Source of the DNA: Fimbriosthenelais zetlandica
Lineage: Eukaryota
Reading direction: 5' to 3'
Assembly: GCA_977030845.1 (NCBI GenBank)
Contig: OZ365111.1
Span: 43,090,001 to 43,154,000 of the forward strand
DNA: 64,000 nt
Position numbers and translations under genes: made by a program. The number at the start of each line of letters is the position of its first letter. Positions within the stretch are counted from its first letter, which is position 1. Below, piece after piece: positions 1 to 15,200 of this stretch. The notes beneath the pieces were generated by a model. It had not been told where the DNA came from. It did no database searches and was given only the letters and a program-made list of their open reading frames with translations.

Positions 1-151
1 ATTTCCTTCCTCTCTCCATTGTTACCCCTACACCCCCGACCCCCGACCCCCTTATGGGTCTCCAACCTAGCCCCCTGTATGTGGGCCCCTACTGTGTCTA
101 TTTGACGTGAGTGACTGACGGTTTGTCCACTATGTGTCGCTGTTCTTTTAG

Positions 152-223
152 GAGGAAGTGAAACGGAAGTTAACCATCACGGGGACGATATGTCCCTCAG
201 CACTATGTCAGAAACTGGCACAG
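152..223 (+). CDS. EML: EML exon (N-terminal acidic segment [23 protein letters not shown])
   Basis: tgttcttttag acceptor and CAG|GTAAGT donor; 72 nt, phase 1-1, open and in frame with exon 2563. DDMSLSTMS resembles the DDSxSAAS segment ahead of the EML coiled coil. Confidence 0.65.
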
Positions 224-3200
224 GTAAGTGTGCTCCGATGGGAGCCATCCAACCCCCAGGTGATCTCGTCTCTCATACCAATTCATCCCGATATCATTTT
301 GATCTATTTTCTATCCAATTTTTCATCTATTACATCATATTTTCAATATTATTTCCCACATACTTTTAAGGCATCTAATATAGTCAATTAAAAAAATGTT
401 TTTTAAAACTATTTTTGTATGGAAATGAAATTTCTTATGGATATTTCGGCGTTTTGACATGAAAATGGACGTAACAAATTGATTGGTTTTGATTATCATG
501 ATCAATTGGTAACCTTTGACCCCACTGGGGACAGATGTACAGCCCTCCCCCTGCCAACCCTGCCTTTATTTTGCCACCCAGTGTGCCTTGATCTGACATT
601 TTGAGATTTTCTTTTAATTTTCTTTACTTTGGGGACGAGGTGTTAAAATTGGCTGTTGGTGTCGCATGAATGTTCGCCCTCTGTAAGTTTGGCTGTCTAT
701 GGGGAATATTTTCCACCACCAGCTTTGTACATTTTGTATCATAAACCGAAGCTTCCAAAATTATTTATTTGGCTTTGCTGTATTTCCTTGCATTCCAAAC
801 TCACCAAATTATCACTTGAACACATTCAGCAAAGAAAGGGCGATGTTTCTTTCTTCATTTTAGCCCTTCATTCACAAAAATATCTATATTTCTTCCAATT
901 ATATGAAAGCTCTGAATATTACACTACAGTATAGCAATCCCTGCTATTATGCGTTGAAGAGTCTAAAAATATAGGGAAGGTGCAACAAAGGATTTTGAAG
1001 GTACACAGTGCTGTGATTTGTGACCTCAAAGCGTTTACTAATAATTAGGTATTTTTGGGTAATGCGAGAATGTCCGCCTATTAAGGGGACTTGGCGCCAC
1101 TCGAATAGAAGTGTAGGTGATGTAATTTCAGGCCGTTAAAATGGGCCTGGCCCCCTTTAATTGGTTAATTGGAACTACTCGCTGAAGTCTCCCAATATAT
1201 ATAAGGCATTGTACAACTGCGATATAGCCTATGGTTGTATAATGGGCCCTATGATAGTGCATGTTAGTCTCAGATATTGAGGGCGGTGCATAATCCCGTG
1301 AGCAAATCCTGATTTCAAGTGAACGTTTTGCAGAATCTGGTATTTTGAATGCATTATGCTCGCCAGATACTGCAAGCTGAAAGTTTAAAAACAGGTTTTG
1401 CGAGTACTCGCGAGAATTTGGTTTGTCCCAGTTTTATCCTACTAACAAATTGAGTTCACAGTTTGAAACGAATTTCATAGAAATTAAGCAAGAGCACTGT
1501 AAAAAGGCTTTGATTTGGTTTGAGGTGGTACAATTCATTGAAAACCCCCACAAGACTGATCAATATATTATTTTTTTCAGTATCACTATTGTTTGCCTAA
1601 TATATTTGAGTTTTAAGTTTGTACATTTGAGAATGGTTTGAATATTTGATATATAACTTTGCTTTGCCTTGATATTTTAGTGTAAATTCCTTTTGCAGAT
1701 GGACAACTATGATTTAATGAATATCCTCTTGCAAATATGCCTTTATTACCCAAGCATGTAATTTTGTTCAGAGATGCCATTTTCAATCTGATCTAAGCTT
1801 AGCTCGTTTTGAAATAAGAAATTCCAGAAATTAAAGCTTTTTCATAAATTAAACCTGTATGAAGTTAAGATTTATGATGAATAAATTTTTAAAAAATGAT
1901 ATAGGGCCTATTAATTTTTAAATTTAATACAAACCAATAGTAATTTCGGTATATATATATATCAATTTATCATTCAGCAAAATTTATCGAAAACTTTTAG
2001 TTTTAACAGAAGTTAAAACTGTTTTTCCAAAATCACAAATGGCAGTTCTGTACATACTGTATTTGGACCCCTACTTTGGACCATGAGGGTCTTGCTCAGT
2101 GAATTATGCATGACGATGTACAACCCAAAATGGATGGGGAGAATAGAGCTTTGTTGTGCAAAGCATTGATTAGTTGCATGTACCATACGGCCAATGTGTA
2201 GTTAAAAATCGCTCTTGTCCATTAAATATTCTTGACTACCGATTACATTTGTGTGGATTTTGCATAGAAATTGCATGAAAACGAACTATAGGATGTTTTC
2301 AGAATGGCATCATGCAGATAGGCATTGATGCATTGCTGATCAATTGATGGTTCCAAATTATGGAAAGAGTTTTTATAAAGTACAACAAGTATCAATCAAG
2401 GAAAACAAAAAACAAAAAAAAATGCTCCGGAAAAAACAGGCATATATATGTGAATCCATGTTTACTGTTGGAAATACGTTTTAAATATGGCCAATATTAA
2501 TTGATGTTATTGAAATGTTTTTGAAGATGACAGAAATAAAAAGTTTGGTTTTGTGTTTGTAGATGGCATTTTGAGCCATGAGAACGAGGAGCTGAGAGAT
2601 CGGGTGAGCGCGCTGGAGAAGAAAGTCCAGCAACAGGAAGATGAAATAATCTGCCTCAAGAGCGCGCTCTCTGATGCCATCCGCCGACTGAACGCCCTGG
2701 AGCAGGGCAGAGGTGAGATTTACACTAAATTAGAATATTACAGAAAATAAATCATCAATCTATACCCCGATATAGCCGGTAGTCCACTGCTGCGATTTTG
2801 CTTTCAAAGATGATGCGACAACAGTGCTTCTTGTGTCGCAATCCATGTCCAATGTCTTGCGGACGTTGTAAATTATCGTTACTCTTGGTCTGATCTTAAC
2901 AGCGAACTTTTGTTTCTTTCTGCGTGTCATTCACCCAAAGTGAAAATGCCAAGAACGAAAATCCTTTGAGCTAAATTTGACCTACATTACAATCAGGCCT
3001 ATCACTTGTTTCTTCTGAAAATAACTTACTTTATTTTTAGAATCCAAGTTTTAAAAAATCAAAGATCTCTATCTTGGTACCTAGAGGTCCAATTTAATGC
3101 TCCCTTTAATTTTCTATTCCTAGCTTTAGGAATTCTCATTCCCAATGCTGCATGTTGCTATTGTGTGCAATATCCCAATACCTGCAGGATGATTTGGTCC

Positions 3201-6200
3201 ACGCTCTTGACATTGGTGCCACACATTTAACCATTTCCTATATATAAATGGTCATCGATAGATAAATGGCCAGCCAGGCATGGTAACCAGACATTACCGA
3301 GGTTTAGTAGGACAAGCTAATCGATTGACTGGAAAAAATACATTTTAAATTGTTTAATTACAAGCCAGGCTTTTTTTACTTTGATTTATTCTTGAAAATT
3401 TAAAATCGATCATTGGATTTCAGGAAAGGACATCTATATAACATCTCTTTTTACAAAGGCTTTAATATTTCCTGTAGTTTTAGAACATAGTCCTTATTGA
3501 ACTGAAAGATCAGGGTCATAATAGGTCAGGGTTTTGCTCCAGGGACTCAGTTTTGCAAAATCAAATAACAGTTCAGTGGAAAACCGATAAAATAAATTTA
3601 TGCCTATTTATGCATGTTATTTGTTCCCGTCTATTTATGTCTACTTTGATAATATCCTGTTTTTGTTACTGATTGTGGCAATGATAGAACCATGAGTTGC
3701 ATGGAAATTTAAGCTCCATTTTGAATAGCATGTGAAGAGCATGTTGTATGAATCTAGACCTGTCACACCAATACAATTATCCATCCGATGATCTTCAAAT
3801 CCTCTAATGATACCTGACGATTTAAATTTTGACTCTGGTTCAGTTCCCCAAGCATTCCCCCAAATTTACCGCTGTCCTTCGTTATCCAGTGCTGCTAACT
3901 GGTATTTCAAATGCCAGCCATGTCTCGCATTGGTTATGGTAAAAGTCATATATAAGAAGCATTACTGCTGTTCAAGAAGAGCAGGTCATTGTGCGCCGAC
4001 AGTGTGTTTCCTTCTCGTCCTGTGATATCATAATTATGTATCCTAAAATTGCTGACTGAACTTGAAATAAAACCTCACTTGAAATTTCATAAGTCGGTAC
4101 CTTTACCTTGGTGTAACCACTGCTAAAATTCCAATTATCTAGTTATGAAACAAAATGAGGAAAATGTCGATGCTCGGATGGACCATCAACTTGGTGTGTT
4201 GTGCCTTTATTGTACATGTATTGCCTGTTGTACCGCCATTATTTCATCAGCTCGCCCCTCCTGACTTAATGGTCTCTTCTCATGAAGTCTCCCTCTCAAC
4301 TATAGACCTATAGGCTCTACAGCTGACTCCAAGCACTAGGGTTATGGCTGCCAGACTCTGGTCCCAACTTTCTCTATGTTTGAGACGCTATTCTCAAATA
4401 GATCCTTGGGGATTGGGGTAAGGTTGTCCAGGAATGAGAATGGGGGACTTTGAAAGGAGATAGAGAGAGGAGAGAAGGGAGATGGGAGAAAGAGAGCTAG
4501 AAGTGAGATGGGGATAGGGAGGGGTAGACAGCGTAACAGGGTTTTAAAGATTCAGAATATTTTGGAGATATTTTAAATCAGAATTTCAAAATTGAATTTC
4601 AAAATTATCTAAATTTAATCATATCTAATCTAAGAGTTTTTGACATGAAAATAATTTATATAATAAGATTTTTGCCATTGCAGCAATTCATCAACATAAA
4701 TGTACTATTTTTTTTCTGCAGACTTCTTTATGTAGAGACAGAATCTGATCTATAATAGGGTAGCTCAGCCAAAAGCTATGATAGCGTGAGCTATTGAGTG
4801 AGTGCGTCAGTGGTGGGTTGACCAGTTATTTCAGGTTTAGGGTTATATATATGTATACATGATCCATGGATTGAGGGATGGTTGTGTGACTGAGAGCCAG
4901 GATTGACCAGGAACCCATTAGGCTGAGTGCTTCATCTAAATGTTAAACGTTCCTATACATGAATACCACCTTCTACAAGTACAAGCTCCCATAGTGAAGG
5001 CAACATAAACTCAGACAAGAAGTACATGTACACAAATATAAGCTTGGTTAGAAGCTAATGAATGGACATATTCTGACTAACTGAGTGAGGTGAATTTTGC
5101 CTTATTAATTTCGGTTATAATTCAATCAATTTCATAGATATTTATATTGCAGAAAATTGCAATGCAGACTATATCCATCGACAGGCAACGTCTTGTATAA
5201 TATTGCAATTTGATTGGTGTTACCGAAAATTAATATAGATTTGGTTCTTCAGGTTTAAATTGGAAAGAGATTGACTTTAAATTCCCATATTCATAAAATA
5301 ACTGTAACATTTATAAATAGAAATGATCCCAAAGGGTCTGGAGCAGAAATTGAAAAAGAATTGTTATTCAAATGTTTGTAATTCTACAGTGTGAACTATA
5401 TAGGGTATAAGCTAGAAAATAGACATTTCCAAAACAAGGTTATACAACAAGGGGATTAATTAAGACCATTTATTACTTTCACAGCGTGTTTTCTCATGAT
5501 ATTATGAAAGATAATCCATTCTTTATATTCCCGGTTTGAAAAAAAACATGATATATCTGTGTTGTACATGTAGTTGTATGGCATTTTCCATGCTCATTGC
5601 CTTGTCTGCGTGTTTTCTCTTTTCGCCCAGAGATGTCACCCGTGTTGAGTAGTCCGTCTAGTAGTCCAGTACGCACAGGTCGGCATGAATATCACACTTC
5701 CTCCTTCTCCTCCTCATGTCTCTCTCTCCGTCTCTCCCTGTCTCATTTCCTCATTCATTTTCTTTGCTTTTTGCCCCAACAATGGAAGACTTGATGAACT
5801 AGTTCCAAACCTGGTCAATAATATTATAAGGGGATGAAATAACGGGAATAGGTAGCTCCCTGGGTTAGGTCCACAGCCCACATATGGCCAATACCATGGT
5901 CAGGCTCAATATAAGGCGATGAAATAACACTGCCATTCTATTATAGTTGATTCGGGGAAGAGAAAAGGGGTGGGGGTTGCCTCTGACCTTGTTTGGCAAT
6001 CATTTCTGAAGTCTTCCATTCCAGCTGACTATTTCTTCCTCCCTTGCTGTGACATCATTTGTGTATTCATTTTAATTTCATTTAAAACAATTTTTCCATG
6101 AAATATTTTATTTCTATGCATCAAATTCAGAAGTTGCAAATTAAATCTAATCTCATTTCACGAGATATCAAATAAAGTAGAAATTATTAAGGTACAAAAT

Positions 6201-9200
6201 TGCAGTTAAGCTTACTTAATAGATCTATTATATATAGTATTTGTCAATTTGTTCTGAAGAAAGCTATTATTTATAAGTTCACTTATATTATTCCAAGGTG
6301 TAAGCAAAGTTCCAATTATTAAATTCTGAGGAGGAAATAGTCTGCAGCGTCTTGCTCACAGATTTTTATCCTGCTTTCTTTAATTTAAAGCGGCTCTATC
6401 ACCGATGTTTTCTCAGATATTCCCAGCCAAAGTCCAACCTAGAATCTGGGTCAAACTGTCATATATCCACCTTTAAGTGAGAAGTTTTTTAGTGATCGAT
6501 GATCGGTGATAGAGCTGCTTAACTGGCTTTCTTTAATGTCTTTCGTTTGCCTTGCATCTATGCCCTGATTGTGTCTTCCAACTTCTCAGTCTATACTGCA
6601 TTCATTCACACATATAAAACTCCAGCATAAACCTGAACTCTCTCTACCATTAAGCCTCGACCAACACAGAGCCACCACCACCCAAAGGTAAACAGGTTAA
6701 AGACTTAGAAGTGTACCTCAGTTAGTCTATAAGGAAAGTCGATGACGTAGGATTAGGCCTAAACATTGTACAGGTCCTTCAATAGAGAATCTTACCTTGA
6801 CTTCCCATAATTGGACATAGACTTCCCATTCCTTTACCAAGATTCCCAATAACTTTACACATACCTCCCATATAACTTTGACCAGAATTCCCATAACCTT
6901 CACCAGAATTCCCATAACCTTCACAGAGCTCCCATAACTTTACGCAATCTTCCCATAACTTCACATAGACTTCCCACCATCCAAAAAACGGTACCCATGA
7001 TGTACATAGGGCCCATACAGTGGAGTCTCACTAATGCGACAGAACAGATAGAGGTTATATAGCGCCATGTTCGCTTTAGTAGGTCTGTCTTAGAGGTGCT
7101 AAAATGAATTAGTGGTCGAATAATGAGATGGTCGCTGTAGTGAGATGGTCACTGTAAGTGAGACTCCTCTGTAATAGAAACTTCCCCTTAAACAACATAA
7201 TAGCTTGCTGTATTCTGCCTTCATTACCTTTAGTTTGTTCTTGATTTTAATTAAAATGTTTTGATTTGATGTCAAAGAAATATCTGTAGGTACATAGAAG
7301 ATTCAGGAATTTTGACATTGTTTTGGAGTGTTTTTGCCTGTTAACTAGCTTTCAATGAGCAGCAGAATTCACCAGGTTTGATGCAGTTTGCCTTTGCACG
7401 AAGCACCCATTAATCCACCAAATATTAGTCAATATTTTGAGATTTATTGCTGTGTATTGATCTAACACTGCTAAAAGACGCGCCTTCAAATACATGCAGA
7501 GCTGTCGCTGAGAGACTGGCCTGGTTGAGGATTCTAATCAGTTTCATTTTCTTTTTGCTTTCAAGCTTTTACAAATCTCATTTGATTCCAAGGAAATGGT
7601 TGCCAGGAACATCTAGGATTCATTTACATGCACACCAGTATCATCTATGAGTTTATATTCACTTTTAAAAAGTTTTAGAAAAGTTTAAAGGAATTTATTA
7701 TTATTATATACCACAGTTATTAAGCGCCCATTCCATGCAATTGCGTGTTCAACAGAGCTGTACAATTTTACATTACATTAATAAATCTGTATGCATTGCA
7801 TATTTTATACAAATTTAACTATTTTACCAAATATGTTTAAACAGTGCACAACAATCAATCATTATCAATATTATCACTTTCAGAACTTTTATTATTCTTA
7901 CCAAAAATTTTCAGCAATCTTTTCCATATTTATTACATATTATCAAACTCCCAATACCAACATTATATCCAACTTCAATTTACAACATTTATCCACATAC
8001 ATATCTACAGTCTTAACATTCATTTCCATTCATTTTCAATTCTATTTCATTTGTACATCCAGTTTTAAGAACACTATTGACAAGTTTTTACATTACTTTC
8101 CTTCCACTTTCAGTTACCTTCTAAATAAATTCTCAATATGTCTTTCTGAATCTCTGCTGCAGCGTTCCAGAACAACCTGTTGCCGTCGAAACCTTCCATC
8201 CGCGGGTCGCCGCGTAAATTGCCCGCGTCGCCAACTACGCCCTCGCGCGAGTCCCCACGACGCTCCACCAGCTCGTCTGATAGCCATCACTCGGGACCCA
8301 CGCTGAGGATCTCACCCGCTCCTAACAAAATAGTCCCCCGAGCTTCTCCTAGTATAGGATCTACCCCTAACCTTAACAAGTGGTCATCTGCCAATTATGA
8401 ACGCACAAATGGTCACCTATCACCTACAAGGTATGTCAGGTTTTGATATTAAAATGTTGTAAGTCACTGTTTGGTTTTACTAAGAAAATGATAGGTACTG
8501 TTATAATTTAATTTAGAATCTATAGGTGATTTTATGTTTTTAGTTATTATCTAGTGCTTGTTGTCTGCAAATGGTTTTGATTTGTTCAATCCACTTATAC
8601 TTTTGAAAAATCTATACCATACTATTATTCTTTTAAAAGATAGGCCTACTATAGGTATATTATCTGAAGAAATAGATTGTACTCTTAAAAAACATGTTCT
8701 CGAAAAGCATTGAAGATATATTTGATTCAAGAATTTAAAAAATGTCTGTATACATTGGATCGGGAACATCAAGCTTTTGCAGATAATTTGTTATCAATAC
8801 TATAATCAGTAGATTTGGCTTCACTATAGAATTTAACTACAAACCAGTATCGCAGTCTGAAAGTCGTAGTGTGCAGTGAAGTTTATTCATTGATACAACT
8901 ATAACTGTCTACAACTGTATTGCATTTAGTTTTACAAGCATGTGTTTTCAGGATTGCATTCATTAATTGTTTTATATTTAATCGCGCAAATTTGTCCTCA
9001 TGTTTTATTTTAGCACGCGTCTATATCTGTGAATCAATTCTACGTAACAAAGTCTTCATAAAATTTCCAAAATATTCGCTTTAGGCCTGATCATATTTTG
9101 TTAGTAAAGTTCATGTCAATATACTTACATTTAGTTTCAGAAAATGTAAAAACGCTCAGCGTTATTCCAAAGGATACAGTACTTGAAAATAACTTTCTGA

Positions 9201-12200
9201 ACTTTCTGGCTGATTTACTATCCACTTGCATTAATGTCGTAGATGTCAATTTTCACATTAATGTTTGACACCCAGTTTACATAGAATTGATTACCGTACA
9301 TTGAGTATTTAGTTAAATCGCCTATACACTTCACACATCTCTCCACATATCTCTACACACAACCACATTTCACAACTATTTTCATATCAAGCAGCATCTT
9401 TTATGATTGAAGTTTCCCCAGTTTTGATTCTCAAAAGCTACTCTGCTAAGCTTTGCAAAAAAACTGACTTTTGTTGCAGATTTTATTACATAAATACAGT
9501 TAAACCTCTATATACAAATAGATAGAGGTGTTTTCTAATGGTCACCCATTTTTGTTGTCCCATTTTTGACTTTCCCATTTTGTACTTGGTTAAGAGTGAC
9601 TCAATCTACCTTGTTTATGCCAAAATATTTTGTCCCCTATAATAGATATACATCCATTCCAAAAATTTTCTTGTGCACAAGGGGGCCTTTTATGACAAAT
9701 TGAGAGAAGATAGGCTCCAGACTCTGACAGTAAAACCCTCCTATCAAAAATCTAAAAAAATAGAAAAAGGTAAAAAAATAAATAAATAAATAAATAAAAT
9801 AATAGAAATTAGTACTAACAGAGGTTGTAGTTAGTGACTGGTGTACCAACAATGCACACTGCATGTCAGTAGAAAATACAGTCCACAGTATCTGGTATGT
9901 CGTGAGTGAGGTTACACCCCTATAACCACCAGCTAACTGACCCTTCAACCCTGTTTGTTTTAGTCCCCGCCAGGAGTTGTATAGACCCACCAAACCTGAC
10001 AGGTTGGACTTTGACAAGAATATCAGGATCAGGTAGGCGCGTAGCCGAGATCTCCATCCACTATCTTCATAATATATTGTCGGGTTTTCTTCTTCTTACG
10101 TCATTGTCATTCGTTGTTAATTATTCAGGAAGTCAATCTAGGTATATTTCTATAAGGTCCACACACCAAGCGATTTATTCATCCGATTGCTATCAAATTT
10201 CCCTCATCTTCTCAAACCTGATGATTGTTACGTTAGCAGTGTTATACCTAGGTACGGGCGGGTATTCGACTGCTGCGATTTTGCTTGAGACACTCCTGCC
10301 ACTGTTTCAGTTTTAATGAAAAATCTACCTGTGGAGGAAGGCCTTAAGACCTTGGATGACAATTTACAAATGTTTGGCAGAAACAGAAGCATCGCCTTTG
10401 TCGCAGATGTGTCACAAGCAAAATCGCAGCAATAGAGTACCAACTTAATGGTACTCACTGGCACTCACAAAATTTGAATCAGGTGTCATCAGAAGGGGGC
10501 AATTTGATACCATTCGGATATAAAGTTGACTTGGTGTACCTGGCCCAATTTAGTCCTTGTGTTCTCTCAAGTCTTTTTTTTCTTTTCTGTTTTTCTCTAT
10601 TATTAGCTTTTATCAGTGATATTTGTGATTTTAGGAGATTTAGAGAGTGTCGGAGGAGGAGGTAGTGGAGTTTTATTGGAGTGTATTGAAGGTTTTGTGA
10701 TGTAATTTTGACACTATCTGTGATAGAATGATAGATAGTTCACGAGTGTGGTCACACCAACTATTGTCCAGTTATACTTTCATAATTATGATTGTCCATC
10801 TGATTAAAAAGTCTCTTTATATGTTAATGTTCTTTTAGATTTCGTTGAACTATCTTTCATGCCAACTTGTCACAGTCGATGATTTGTCTTTTCTACGTTA
10901 ATATTCTACGATTCTGGGCTCTGGTTTAGTTTCTCTTTCATTGACCAGTGTTTTGAATGTTTTCTAGCTTTATAGATTACAGTTTATTTTAACAAAATGG
11001 ATAAACCAAAGTTGTGGCTAAAACTTTATGTGAGAAAAGAATCTGATGGATGGACTATTGCTTTGGCCTCTGAAAACCTCTTTCCTATCTGGTCTATTCT
11101 GTCTCTTTCGTTCCCCATCTTGGCAGATGAAAATATGACTATATCTCGTGCATTGAACTTTGCTATGCCTGTCATTGCTTTGCCAAAGACTTCAATATAG
11201 CCCATTGTAAGTAACTGTCCTGTAGCCTTTTGACATCTGCCGTCCTGTCTCTTGCTTAATCACCCCACCAGCTCCAAGAAGAAAATTAATAGAAAAAGAT
11301 CTCTCCATATTTGACCCCCAACTTAATCATTGAAATATTTAAAGATATGACCCATGAATAAAAGCAATTGCGCTTTTAGAGAAAAAATTCATTGCAGTGA
11401 AGAAACTAGGAAAGTTTTATTTATGAGATATTAATATTTCAAATAATGTTATCAATTGGATCAGTTGGATTTATGGCATTATAAATCCTTGGAAACCTCT
11501 AAATTAAAACTAATCCACGAATATTTAAATCAATTTTATGTATCTGACAGATAAATATTCATAACAAATAAATTATATATGTAGCAATAGCAGTGGTAGT
11601 GTGTCCCCTATATGGGGACGGAAAACCAGGTCATAACCTAGATAGAAAATAGACCACAAGGACCTTCAGTTCTGGCCTCACTCCAGGCATTCAGTCTAGT
11701 CAAGTACTAGTCTTCAGAGGAGGAGGAAGCAGGTCCAAAACAAACCGAGATCCATACATTCACAGCTCTCCATCTCTCTATCTAAAACCTTCCTATCATG
11801 TCGAACCAGTAAGTCATTTTATCAGATTTGCAATTTTTGGATGCACCCAAGATTGCATTTGAGGTTAAGCTATTTACTTAATTGGTTGTAATTAAGGTTA
11901 TTTGGACCAATGGATTTGTATTGGCCGGCAAGGAAGAGCATCCCTATCATATGTATAATAATACAATTAAATACCGGTGAATATATGGGTTTAATGGAAT
12001 GAACTTGGGACTCATTTTATAATTGGTAATTATTAATTGAATGGGGCCATATTATTCGAATAATTTTGCTTTGGTTAGCAAAGGAGGAAATTCCTATTAT
12101 TCTGTTTATATAATCCATTTAAATATCGGTGGATATATTGTATGTAAGGAGTATGGAATACTCGTTGATATATATGTAACGGGTTTATGGGTATGAATCT

Positions 12201-15200
12201 GGGACTGATAATGATAATTATAGAATGGAATGGGTTCCAGTTAGGCAATTAGCGTAGAGAAAGGGGGTCAGTGGGTATGGATCATTCACTATGAAATGTA
12301 TCTATGATCTAACAGGTATATATATAGCGTATAATGGGTGTTGTTATTGTTGCCTCTTGGATCTTTGTGGGCCCCTCCCACTCGGGTTTCGGATCAGTCC
12401 ACTCTAGGTAATTACCTTAGTGCTTTCTCTTCGTCTAAAAATAAATAAAATTTTGATCTCGCCTTTGTATGGAGTTTTCTATTCGTTGTCTGGGCGGCTC
12501 TGATTCGATTTTTCCACAGGGGCATTTTGCTATATTTATTCCTCAGAAAATAATTTGAAATTTAATGAGGAATTTTCTGAAGGTAGTTATCGTTTTGTTC
12601 TTTGGTCTTTTGCTACCATTTTAGGGTATCTCCATTGACTTTTGAGATGTTTTGATGTTTGTCCATTCGATCAGACTTCATACCAGTTGTTTCTCTTGGC
12701 AAACGATGGGTGTGTTATTCCTCAGTGTTCGAAAATTGTGACATTGCCTTTTAGGAAGTGGGGTGAAAGTCATAACTAGTCCAGGATATGATCTATAAGT
12801 ACTGTCTATACATATTTATTCCATTGACATCCCTGATTTGCAACATCCTCATTTACTCTTGATACTGTCCCACTATTTATCTGCTGATTCCCTCTGCTTC
12901 ATTGGTTCACTCTTCGATTTTCTGATCCTTCAATTGATATTGTTATGTGACCATGTCTTAATAGGAATGATCGAGCCCAGTGAAATATGTTCAATCAAAT
13001 CAAATGAAATTTGACTGCCAACTGGATATCAAATTTCAGTCATGTCTCCCACTATCTGTGGTGAGAGGCATATGAAATGTCAGACATATCTCTCCCTATC
13101 TCTGGTGAGAGGCATGTGAAAGAACTATCAATTGCTCTCTAAGAAGAGGTGACCAACAGCGAGTTTCTTATTTGTCCTGAGATAGCTGACTGGATATTTA
13201 AACAGATAGTCATCTCCAGCACTGAATATCTGCGGTATGCTTTCTGTAACCCCTCCTCCACTTTCCTATGCAGTATAGTGAACCCCCTAAGCACCCGACT
13301 ACCACTAATGAATACCAAGGAACGGTACACAAGCTTGTCCGGTCAAGTTTGTATTCCAAACGCCATATCCCCCTCCTCCAGCAGAAAGCAGTCAACACCA
13401 CACTGACTTTCAATTGAGATACCCTAACACATTAGACCTGAATAACGGTATTGGTCCAATGATTCGTCAAATGCCATCATAGGAACAATCTAAAACACTT
13501 GTGTATACCCGATACAAATAAATAAGTGAAATTACAAAGGCTGCAATATAATGATACATACACATCAATACATCCATAACATTCTGCCATGAGTCTTATT
13601 CCCAGCTTGTTTTCAGGAAAGTTTTCCATGCTTTTTCAGCTGCTTGCGTTTGAGAATTAATCCATTATTCTAAGATATATGCTTGAATTTTGCCATATAT
13701 GTTTTTGCCATGTTTGTTTTCAAAGAGTTCAAGTTCTGTCTTGAAATTTTAGCTCAGGTCGTAAATCAAAAATCCGTAATTCATAAATCATCTAAGAAAA
13801 TGTGTCTAGAAATAGAAGTCCAGATTCTTCTGCATGTTCACTTTGTAAGATGCATGTATTTTCTTAAGTTCTAAGGTATAAGACTTACTGAATTTTTTTG
13901 CCATTTGGCTGGTGTAAGAAAATAATGAGCTTTGAATGCTAAAAACAAATGAAAAAAATATATAATTATTCAGATTCCATTTACTATTATGGACCAACAA
14001 AATTGATGAAAATACTGGCTTTATATTCGGCAAGCGATGACCAGCCAATTGTATTATAACACTGTGTATATGCCTTAATAATGTAAGGAATCACGAAGTA
14101 TCTGGACTTTAAAAATAATATATTTCCCAAAATTTCTATCAATCTCTGCAAATGTCCTAACCAACTAGCTCCAAATTTGTCCATGCTTTGGTGTGCAATC
14201 ACTCAATTTGGAACGGAATTAATTTTCAAAATCAGTTACATCAACAGAACTAGAACTCTGATATCCCCGATCTTTGAGCCATACGTGAGTTTTTTTCCAG
14301 GTTTATTTATTTTTTTGGCACGTGTTTGACGTAAAGTGGGAGGTTGAGATGAGAGAGATGCTTGTTGTATCTTTGTAGACGTAGTGGCTCCCTCAGTAGC
14401 TTGTCCTCAACCACCAGGTCTCAGTCACCTTTACTTTCACGCGGGTAAACACTAACATTTTCTTCTCCAATTCTTCATTAACTCACATCCACAATGAGGC
14501 CGTTGCATAATCTAGCGAGCAATCGCGAAACCTGATTTTCAGGCGAACGTGTTGCATAATTTAGCGACAATGTATTTGGAATGCATTATGCTCGCGAGAT
14601 TCTGCAAGATGCATCTTCCGTACTTTAAAAACAGCTTCCGCGAGTGCTCGATGGATTATGCAACGCCCCAATGTCCCCTTAAATATGACAGGTTCTATCG
14701 TTTAGGTTCCGACTTTAAATGCTCTCTAGCCCGAAAAGGGGCAAAGATTTTTCATTGTGGATTTAAGCATCTAATAGTTACTAATATATTTAGTAAGTTT
14801 AGGCCCTTAATCTAAAATATACTGGTACTTGATGTCAGTTTTAAATAACTGTTATGTCCTAAATAAATTTGAAATACTGTCCTGGTTTCTATTAGATTGA
14901 GATATTTCCTTTTATTAAATTTTACTAATTAAATTTCATTTGTAGAAAGTCTTATATTATTGCGGTTTTGTTTCGTGAAATTTCTCAAATTGAAATATTT
15001 TGTAAGGTACTCCATTTTGTCTTTGGCAGTCTGCCTTGCAATAGAGTAGTGATAATTCCTTTAATTAACAAAGAAATGATTTAGAAATGATTTAATATTT
15101 CTGGCTCACCAGGCTTAAAAGTTGCAAAACCCTTGAATCTCAGAAAGCATCGCAACCAAATTTTTTATCAGCAATAAGATAAGACTTTTGGTATTGTTAC

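Noticed and set aside
8114-8162. Alternative upstream acceptor (ctttcag at 8113) for the EML linker exon
   Set aside because: It has the wrong phase and an in-frame TAA at 8126; the 8162 acceptor fits.
10635-10661. Possible 27-nt phase 2-2 basic microexon (RRFRECRRR)
   Set aside because: The frame fits, but the GTAGTG donor is poor and the sequence is simple GA-rich DNA; not supportable without reads.
10700-13440. Possible decayed retroelement on the minus strand ([11 protein letters not shown] resembles an integrase GPY/F tail; an open stretch of about 75 codons near 11020-11250)
   Set aside because: Many stops in all frames, and no RT, RNase H or integrase core motifs or LTRs recognisable. 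A translated HMM search would be needed.
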